A stretch of DNA of 64,000 bases from an uncultured bacterium (lineage in GTDB: Bacteria; Armatimonadota; JACIXR01). Shown one piece after another: positions 39,103 to 46,572 of the stretch. Under the pieces are notes generated by a model, which was given only the letters and a program-made list of their open reading frames with translations, did not search any database and had not been told where the DNA came from. The DNA lies in assembly GCA_964452465.1 (NCBI GenBank), contig CAYVMD010000002.1, positions 9,702-73,701 of the forward strand, given 5' to 3'. The position numbers and the translations under genes were made by a program. The number at the start of each line of letters is the position of its first letter. Position 1 is the stretch's first letter.

Positions 39103-41007
39103 ATGAGGCGTTTGCTCTTGTTAGTCCTCCTTGTTGGGATTGGCTTATGTTTAGCCCAGGAAGAGGTAGAGATTCCCGAGTTGGCGGTGGAGGTGCAGGT
39201 GGAAGCGGAGAAGGAGAAGCCGGCACAGGTGGTGGAGGTTCCGGTGGAGAAGATAGAGAAGATGGTGAATGTGCAGTCTATACCCGATGTATTGAAGAGG
39301 CAAGCGGGAACGGAATCCGCTGTAGGCGCCGCCCTTTGCGCTACCATGCCCATCGTGCGGGGCAACGATTCCAAATGGACCCAGGTTCTCCTGGAGGGGG
39401 CGATCCTATCCCCCATCGGTAGACCGTTTGTCCTCAATATGATGCCACTCACCGCCATAGAGAAGGTAGAGCTGGTAAAAGGACCAGCCCCACCTCAATA
39501 TCCCGGCTCGACCATTGGTGGGCTCGTTTTGCTCACCATGAAGAGCGGTGACAAATACCCTGGCGGGGACGCTCGCCTCACCTTCGGTAGCTACGGCAGG
39601 CAGACCTACGAGGTTTGGTCGGGTGGTGGTGATGAGGAGCAGAACTATTTTGTGGCGGTGAACCGTAATCTCCACACCGGTTGGCTACCTCATCAACGCC
39701 AAAACCTCACGGAGGTCTCCCTTAAACTACAATTCTCCCCCGATCCTACCTCTAAGGTTTCCCTCCTGGGGACATCTTTAAACGGCATCATCTGGGGGTA
39801 CAGACCGTTGGGTCCCAATCCCTTTGGCAGTTGGGAGGCGGAATGGACCATCCATTCTCGTGCCACCTCCGCCATCACCTATACTAAGCGGTTGACCGAT
39901 AAAACCGACTACATGCTCCGCATAACCCCCTACTCCTTCTCCGGCGACCAAGTCTGGCAGAAATATTCCAAGGCTACAGGGCAAGTACAGCCAGTCTTTA
40001 TGCCTTGGCGCTATGCCCTCCTGAAGACGGAATTCCAATACAATATTCGTCCTAATCCAAACAGCATTTGGACCTGGGGAATGGGTTATCAGAGAGATCG
40101 TTTCCGCACACCAGGTGAATTGGATGTGAAATACATGGGGAATATCCCTGACGATAAGTGGAAGAAATACATCCAAACCTTCAGATGGGCTTTCCTTCAA
40201 AATACCTTCATCAATAGCAAGCGCCAACTCTTCACCTTAGCCCTGCGCTTTGATGATGCCAGCCCGGGCAAGACGATAATATCCCCCTTCCTGAGCAGCC
40301 GCCTTCCCATAGACCAATCCACTAACTTGAGGATTGCTGTTACCAAGAACAGGAGGTTCGCCGATCTCAACGAACTTTATGGCGAGGGGATGTGGGTGGG
40401 AAATATCAATTTGAAACCCGAGACCGGTTGGACATATCAGGTGGATTGGGAAAAGAAAATGGGCGATAAGGGCACCCTCACCCTTTCCCTCTATCACACA
40501 AAATTGGACAATGTCATAGGCGCAGATCAGAACAATGTCTTCCAGAACATAGGGAGGGCACGCCTCAGAGGTTTGGAGTGTGAGTATGAGAGGGCAACCC
40601 CCTGGGGCTCTTGGTGGTATGCCTACACTTTCCTCGATGCTAAGGATTTGGTGCAAAATCGTCCCCTTATCGTGGTCTTCCGCACCGCCATGCCCAAGCA
40701 TTCCTTGAAGACAGGGGTTACGATAAACGATAAAAACGGACTTAACTATGATTTAGAACTGTTGATGTATGGACCGCGCAGGACCGATGTGGATAAGCCC
40801 ACATTCGTGGGGGATCCTTGGAATGTCACGGTGCCACCGCAAATCGGAGGCTACGCAGTAGTAAATTTGAAAATCGAGAAGCAGTTCAGCCAGGATAGGT
40901 CATTTACCCTCGCGGTGGAGAACCTCTTTGATAAAGAATATCAGGATCTCCTCTTTTACCCAAGGGCAGGGCGCTGGGTGAGCGTTACTTTCTCCCAGAA
41001 GTTTTAA
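39103..41007 (+). CDS. TonB-dependent outer-membrane receptor (short, about 634 aa) with acidic E/V/P-rich N-terminal extension
   Basis: Signal peptide; plug-domain block IEKVELVKGPAPPQYPGSTIGGLVLLTMKSGD; C-terminal beta-barrel ending ...RWVSVTFSQKF (terminal aromatic); AGGAGG SD. Confidence 0.75.
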   Translation: MRRLLLLVLLVGIGLCLAQEEVEIPELAVEVQVEAEKEKPAQVVEVPVEKIEKMVNVQSIPDVLKRQAGTESAVGAALCATMPIVRGNDSKWTQVLLEGAILSPIGRPFVLNMMPLTAIEKVELVKGPAPPQYPGSTIGGLVLLTMKSGDKYPGGDARLTFGSYGRQTYEVWSGGGDEEQNYFVAVNRNLHTGWLPHQRQNLTEVSLKLQFSPDPTSKVSLLGTSLNGIIWGYRPLGPNPFGSWEAEWTIHSRATSAITYTKRLTDKTDYMLRITPYSFSGDQVWQKYSKATGQVQPVFMPWRYALLKTEFQYNIRPNPNSIWTWGMGYQRDRFRTPGELDVKYMGNIPDDKWKKYIQTFRWAFLQNTFINSKRQLFTLALRFDDASPGKTIISPFLSSRLPIDQSTNLRIAVTKNRRFADLNELYGEGMWVGNINLKPETGWTYQVDWEKKMGDKGTLTLSLYHTKLDNVIGADQNNVFQNIGRARLRGLECEYERATPWGSWWYAYTFLDAKDLVQNRPLIVVFRTAMPKHSLKTGVTINDKNGLNYDLELLMYGPRRTDVDKPTFVGDPWNVTVPPQIGGYAVVNLKIEKQFSQDRSFTLAVENLFDKEYQDLLFYPRAGRWVSVTFSQKF

Positions 41008-41014
41008 ATCAAAA

Positions 41015-41051
41015 GGGGGGCAGGCTTAAGCCTGCCCCCCTTCTTATTTCC
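41015..41051. terminator. Bidirectional rho-independent terminator between convergent genes
   Basis: GGGGGGCAGGC-TTAA-GCCTGCCCCCC 11-bp stem, then TTCTTATTTCC; 8 nt after the receptor stop and abutting the stop of 41044..44412. Confidence 0.6.
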
Positions 41052-44000
41052 TCTTCTCTATCCTCTCCACCTTCCACTCCGCATTCCTCCACCCTCTAAC
41101 CTCCGCCTCGATCCTCCCGGGGCAATCCTCACCTTTACAGCCATAGATGACCAGATCCTTTCCCTCCTCCTGGTAAACCTCCCCTGCCTTTACCTCCTTC
41201 CCCACATCCTTCCATATATCGGGATGCTGCCTTCCCCCTTCGTCCTTCCAGAAGAGGTAGTGGAAATCCTCTCGGGAGATGAGAAGCCCTCCAAAGCAAC
41301 CTTTCAATTGGGGATCATACCAAGAGGCGCCTGGCGAAGCCTTGTAATAGGCGGGAACAACCTCCTCCTTCTCATGGATGTAGCACCATCTTCGAGGGGT
41401 GCTGTTCGGCTCATCGTCATCTGAGCTCCCTCCTATGTTGGAGGGAAGATAATGGAAGTAAGCGCCAAATTTCCAAGCGTTCTGGGAGGTATTCCTTAGC
41501 CAGAGGAAGCGTCCCAAGAACCAGGGCTTTCCGGAAAGTATGGTGAGGCGATAGGCGACCTCGTAATTTTGAGGTCTTGCCCTCAAGGGAGCGAATACCC
41601 CCTTCTCCCCTACCTCCGTTATCGCCTCGCCCCCATCGAAACCCGCGGTTATATCCACGATCGTCCTTAAAGTGCCCTGTCTTACCTTCACATCTTTTAT
41701 TTTATTGGGAGCAACCCAGAGGAATTGGGCTAATTCCTGCCTCACCAAGGCTTGATATCTCCCCAACTCCAAATCCCCGATGAAGATCTCGTCAACCAAG
41801 TCGCCGTCATCCTCCCTCTTCACCAATCTCAAAACGCCGTTATCTATCTCGAACTTGTTGCCATTCAGGGAAACCTTGACCTGCGATGGGAAAGGCATAG
41901 AAGGAGGTTGGGAAGTGGGGTAAACGAAAAGGGAGAGGGCGGTGTAGGGCGGGACCTCGGGCAAGAGGAGGAGAAGTTCTTTGGTATCCGGGTCGTATTC
42001 GGAGGGCACCAAATTTCCCCTCTCATCGGCGACGAGGAGGGATGCCCCTCTATATTGGGAAGGCAGGTGCTTGCCTAAATCTATCGAGAGGGGGATATCC
42101 CTTACGCTGGCGGGGCCTTCGTTGGCGATAATGAGGGGGAGTCGCCACTCGCCATCCAGCCAACTGCTACCCTTCTGATAGAAGATCCCTTTAGCGGAGG
42201 CTATCTTCAAGCCCTTCCATCTCGCTTCCACATAAACGAGGTAGGCGGAGGCGGAAGGAGGGGAGAAGGGCAGGGTTTCCCTCTCCTTCACCAGTAGCCT
42301 TCTCGCTTCCTTTTGTCCGTTGATGAAGAAGCTTACCTCCACATAATCCGGCTTTCCGCTGTTCTTGAGGATTACCCTATCCTTTTGGACCTCCAGGGAG
42401 AGGTTGGGCATCTCCCTCGCGTGGATGGGATAGACCAAGGGGTTAAGTTGGGAAGCGGTCTTCACAAGCAAGGGGTAGGGCTCGTCCTCTCCATTAACCA
42501 AGCCATAATTCGTGTTTTCGGGGAAGGTGGTGGATATGCCCTCCTTGGGCTCATCCACCCACATGAAGTAGTGGGAGCCCACCATGAAGGGAAGGCGAAA
42601 GAGGAGGGTTTGGAAGATGGAGAAGGCTTTCGCCCTTTCCTCTTGGGTGGCGAAGCGTTGCCCCGCTCCATGGGTGCAGGGTAGTCCGCTATCCAGGGCG
42701 GGGAAGGACCACTCGGTTAGCATGAACGGCTTGTTGGTTTCCTTATAACGCTCCCAAAGCATCTTCTCCACATCGAGCACTTCCTCCTTCTCTAGATCAA
42801 CGAAGGGATACATGTTGACGCTAACGACATCGCAGTATTTGCCCGCAGCACGCCAGGCGGGATCGGGAGCGGTCCAGGCGAATCGACAACCCAGGACGAG
42901 GTGATTGGGATCGGCGGATTTGATCGCCTTCACGGTGATGGAGAAGTACCTATCTGCTATCAGGGCGACGAAATCCATCTTGTCTTTTATAGCCTTCTCC
43001 GTTTCGCCTATCGCTTGGTTCACCCTCATCAACTCATCGAAGGATGAAAGCGCAACGCCCCAGGCTTTATTGAAATCGTTTATCGTCTTGTACCTCCCCC
43101 TCAGGAAGTCCACGAAAGCCCTCCTGGCGGAATGCTTGGGAGGTAGTTTGAAGATCTCGTCCGCCAAGCCCCATTCCCTGCCCGATTTGCCGAACCACTC
43201 CAACTCGTTATCTATGAAGTAGCCGATGAGCCAAGGATCGTCCTTGTGAGGGGTGCACACCTCCCTCGCCCTTTTGAGGCAATACTCCTCGAATTGGGGA
43301 TGAAATACATTAGGAAAGCCCGTCCAACCAATGGGCTGGCAGATGTAATCGTGTTGGGCGAAGGAGGAGCCAAGGGCGACGAATTCCGTGTGAGCCAATC
43401 CTTGATATCTCACGCTTCGGGAGGAGTTCGCCCCCAGAGAGGTAAAGCCCCAGGAGAGTAGCCTCTGAACCGCCGACTTCCCCCACGCCTCCTCGCTCCC
43501 ATACTTCTGGGAGACGAACCTATTGTAGGGAGCGTAGCCCAATTTCTCCGCCCAATGCACATTGTAATTGCAATGATCCGTGCCAACCGAATAGAAGGCG
43601 TTCCCCTCGGGGTCTATGAGCCACCAGACCTCCCCGATCTTCTTCGTGTAGAAGAAGCCGGTCGCCTTCGCCTTGACCCCCTCCCACCCCTTCCCCTTGT
43701 AAGGGGGATACTGAGGTTTGGGAGGGGAGTATCTTTCCTCCTTCATGATTTTCACCTCCACATCGTCGAATATAGAGAGGAAACCGCTATTCGTGAGCCC
43801 CACCTTCCCCAGCCTCACCGCCTTCTTATCCTCGAAGAGGAAGCGCCTTCGCCAGAGCAATTGCCCATTCTCCCCTTGTATATAGCCGGTTATTCCCTCC
43901 CCATCCAATTCGATGGTGAGGCGATAAGGGCGATTATACTCCCAGGCGAGGTCGGAGGGACCCACTTCATCCGTCTGTCTCAGATTAGCCTGGGAAAGCC

Positions 44001-44412
44001 AAACCCCCTCCAGGGATTCGCAAAGTTCGGCATAATGCCTTCTCCCTTGGCTATCCGGCGCCTCCACTAAGGCGAGGTGCCAAAAGTTATTGCTATCCAA
44101 GAACACGGCGATCCCAGCTACCTTCCAATCCGTCGTCCTCTTCTCCCGCACCACAAGTGTAGCGGAGAGGGTGAGGACGCTCGCATAGGGGGTCTTCTCC
44201 CATATCAGAAAACTACGTCCCGCCACATCGCAGAGCATCTTTCCTGCCTCTATACGCCATCCAATAGAGGTGGAATACCAATTGGGAGAGGCATCGCTTC
44301 CCTCTTTGTAGGAGGAGAAATCCTCGTGGAAGGATTTCTGGGGGAAAACGGGGATGGTTAAGGAAAGAACGAAGATTAAACAAGCTAATTTTCGCACGCC
44401 CTTCACCTCCAA
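41044..44412 (-). CDS. Large secreted clan GH-A-like glycoside hydrolase with N-terminal LamG/ConA-like domain
   Basis: Signal peptide; putative acid/base motif IGYFIDNELEW and nucleophile-like FMLTEWSF at the TIM-barrel spacing of GH-A enzymes; N-terminal lectin-like beta-sandwich. Confidence 0.5.
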   Translation of the reverse strand: MEVKGVRKLACLIFVLSLTIPVFPQKSFHEDFSSYKEGSDASPNWYSTSIGWRIEAGKMLCDVAGRSFLIWEKTPYASVLTLSATLVVREKRTTDWKVAGIAVFLDSNNFWHLALVEAPDSQGRRHYAELCESLEGVWLSQANLRQTDEVGPSDLAWEYNRPYRLTIELDGEGITGYIQGENGQLLWRRRFLFEDKKAVRLGKVGLTNSGFLSIFDDVEVKIMKEERYSPPKPQYPPYKGKGWEGVKAKATGFFYTKKIGEVWWLIDPEGNAFYSVGTDHCNYNVHWAEKLGYAPYNRFVSQKYGSEEAWGKSAVQRLLSWGFTSLGANSSRSVRYQGLAHTEFVALGSSFAQHDYICQPIGWTGFPNVFHPQFEEYCLKRAREVCTPHKDDPWLIGYFIDNELEWFGKSGREWGLADEIFKLPPKHSARRAFVDFLRGRYKTINDFNKAWGVALSSFDELMRVNQAIGETEKAIKDKMDFVALIADRYFSITVKAIKSADPNHLVLGCRFAWTAPDPAWRAAGKYCDVVSVNMYPFVDLEKEEVLDVEKMLWERYKETNKPFMLTEWSFPALDSGLPCTHGAGQRFATQEERAKAFSIFQTLLFRLPFMVGSHYFMWVDEPKEGISTTFPENTNYGLVNGEDEPYPLLVKTASQLNPLVYPIHAREMPNLSLEVQKDRVILKNSGKPDYVEVSFFINGQKEARRLLVKERETLPFSPPSASAYLVYVEARWKGLKIASAKGIFYQKGSSWLDGEWRLPLIIANEGPASVRDIPLSIDLGKHLPSQYRGASLLVADERGNLVPSEYDPDTKELLLLLPEVPPYTALSLFVYPTSQPPSMPFPSQVKVSLNGNKFEIDNGVLRLVKREDDGDLVDEIFIGDLELGRYQALVRQELAQFLWVAPNKIKDVKVRQGTLRTIVDITAGFDGGEAITEVGEKGVFAPLRARPQNYEVAYRLTILSGKPWFLGRFLWLRNTSQNAWKFGAYFHYLPSNIGGSSDDDEPNSTPRRWCYIHEKEEVVPAYYKASPGASWYDPQLKGCFGGLLISREDFHYLFWKDEGGRQHPDIWKDVGKEVKAGEVYQEEGKDLVIYGCKGEDCPGRIEAEVRGWRNAEWKVERIEKRK

Positions 44413-44434
44413 TGGATATTGTGGAGGATATTTC

Positions 44435-45058
44435 CTAATCCGCCAAGCCTTTTCTCCCCAAGCGTCTCCAAAGGAAGAGGAGGATTAAAAAGACGAGACC
44501 TGCCAAAATGAGAAGGTCGAATTTTCTAAGATATGGCTCCATGGCCTCCCAATTCTCCCCTAACTTAAACCCGATGAAGCCCAAGAAAAATGACCAGATG
44601 AGAGAGCCGATGAAGGAGGTAACGGTGAGGATCCAGAAGTTAGCCTTGCTGATGCCCGCAGGAAGGGAGATGTAGGTGCGAATAACCGGCATAACCCTCC
44701 CCAAAAACAGGGAAACCCAGCCATACCTTTGGAAGAAACGCTCCGCTCGAGCGAGATCATGGTGGGAAATTAAGAGGTACTTCCCATATTTTAAAAGTAA
44801 GGGGTGCCCTCCGTACCAGCCGAGGAAATAAACCACCCAGGAACCAAGCGTCGAGCCAGTAGCACCAGCCAGGGAGATGCCAAGGAGGGTGAACCTTCCC
44901 TGCTGGGCTAAAGCGCCAGAGAAGGGCATGATGATCTCAGAAGGTAAGGGGATGCAGGCGGATTCCACCGCCATCAAAAGGACAATTCCTTCGTAGCCGA
45001 GGGATTCTATGGTCTGGATGATGAACTGCCCCACCCGGGCGATCAAATCCGCTATCAT
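44435..45058 (-). CDS. DedA/VTT-domain family membrane protein
   Basis: About 5 TM segments; the E..C.PLPSE..M..G-type block (AVESACIPLPSEIIMPFSGAL) characteristic of DedA proteins. Confidence 0.7.
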   Translation of the reverse strand: MIADLIARVGQFIIQTIESLGYEGIVLLMAVESACIPLPSEIIMPFSGALAQQGRFTLLGISLAGATGSTLGSWVVYFLGWYGGHPLLLKYGKYLLISHHDLARAERFFQRYGWVSLFLGRVMPVIRTYISLPAGISKANFWILTVTSFIGSLIWSFFLGFIGFKLGENWEAMEPYLRKFDLLILAGLVFLILLFLWRRLGRKGLAD

Positions 45059-45067
45059 GATTCCTCC

Positions 45068-46531
45068 TTAACCTAAAAATCCCCTCAAATGTCCCGCCTC
45101 CGTAACCCAAGCCGATACATCCTCGAATTTTTCCCTCCCGCTTCTTATCGTCTCGAAGATCCGCCTCGTCAATTTCAAATGTTCCTTATCCACCTCGAAA
45201 TCCGGCAACTTCCCCTTCAATTCCGGCAGAAGGGAAAAAAGGGTTTCGGGGTTGGAGAACTTCAATGCCTCCAGGATGTCTTCCTCGAAGCTCCTATCCT
45301 CCCTGAGGAAGGCGAGGTCCTCGGGGGTTAGGGCATCGAAGCCGATGACCTCGGGTGGTACTCCTATGCTGTAAAGGGAGGCACAGAACTCTATAGCCCT
45401 CGGCAGTCTAACCCCCGCTACGCTCCTCGAGTAGCCGAAGAGACCGAAGTGGATCTTCCTCTTCCTCCGCTTGGGGACAAACCTCGCCACCGAGTTAACC
45501 AAATCCGCCAGCCCCTCTATCCTGCTCCTATATCGGGGGGCATAGCGGTTTATGATGTCCAACGCCTTGCCCTCCTCCACCTTCCTCGGCTTTCCCCGCG
45601 GCGTCCTCTTGATCTTCTCTATGGCTTCTCTAACTACCTCAAAAGGATAATCGTATTTAAAAGCGGACTGCACCGTGAAGGTCTGGACGCTGGGATAACT
45701 CCTCAGGCAATTTTCGACATTGGAGGGCTTGAAGCCCCCTCGGAAGGGAGCGGAACCAGCACCAAAGACGGGAAGGATGGGAATGCCTAATTTCTCCTCC
45801 AATTTATCCAGCTTCTGAAGGGCGATCTCTATCGCTAAAAATGCGCTCACATAGCCGTAATTCTCCGCGGGATCGCTTCTAGCGAGGAAAACTCGCTGAT
45901 AGGGGAAATCCTTGCCCCTCAAGAACTCCTCTACTATTTTGTCGCTGTTGATTATAGTGTGTATGTCCTCGAACAAGGGGATGATGTGTATATCCGCTGG
46001 CTTGAATTCTCCTATCCATTCCGCGAGGGTTATATCGTGGACCCTGTCATATTGCTTCCCCACCACTATATCCTTGTAAAGCCTGTACAGCCTCTCCAAT
46101 TCCACCGCTGAAGTGGTCATAGGGAGGATGATCTCGAAGACCGGTGGTACCTCCTCCCCATAAAATTGGACCGCCACATCGTAACTACGGGGGATGGTTT
46201 CCAATGTCTCAAGGAGCACCTTCCCCTCGTTCTTCTCCACGGCGGGGTTGGGAACACGGTAGGTGAGGAAGCAATCCCTGCCCAGGATGCGCTCCTTGAA
46301 GAAATCGGCGCGCTTGGCAAAAAGTTTCCTCACCACATGGGCATCCACATCCTTGCCCTCGAAATCCCACATCTGTTCATCGCAACCGAGGTGGGAGAAG
46401 GCATAGAAGGCCTCGTCAACCTCGTAATCGCCCTCTATCTCCGGCGTGGGGGAGAAAAAAGGAATGGAAACATTATCGGGATGCTGGGTGCTCATACAGC
46501 GGGGAATTTTCGTTTCTCTTCCGTAGGGCAT
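45068..46531 (-). CDS. ppcA: Archaeal-type phosphoenolpyruvate carboxylase
   Basis: Diagnostic N-terminus ...IPRCMSTQHPDN; about 487 aa, the PpcA family length. Confidence 0.8.
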   Translation of the reverse strand: MPYGRETKIPRCMSTQHPDNVSIPFFSPTPEIEGDYEVDEAFYAFSHLGCDEQMWDFEGKDVDAHVVRKLFAKRADFFKERILGRDCFLTYRVPNPAVEKNEGKVLLETLETIPRSYDVAVQFYGEEVPPVFEIILPMTTSAVELERLYRLYKDIVVGKQYDRVHDITLAEWIGEFKPADIHIIPLFEDIHTIINSDKIVEEFLRGKDFPYQRVFLARSDPAENYGYVSAFLAIEIALQKLDKLEEKLGIPILPVFGAGSAPFRGGFKPSNVENCLRSYPSVQTFTVQSAFKYDYPFEVVREAIEKIKRTPRGKPRKVEEGKALDIINRYAPRYRSRIEGLADLVNSVARFVPKRRKRKIHFGLFGYSRSVAGVRLPRAIEFCASLYSIGVPPEVIGFDALTPEDLAFLREDRSFEEDILEALKFSNPETLFSLLPELKGKLPDFEVDKEHLKLTRRIFETIRSGREKFEDVSAWVTEAGHLRGFLG

Positions 46532-46572
46532 GGATATTATTATAGGTCTGATGGAGGAAGTAGTCCAAAACC

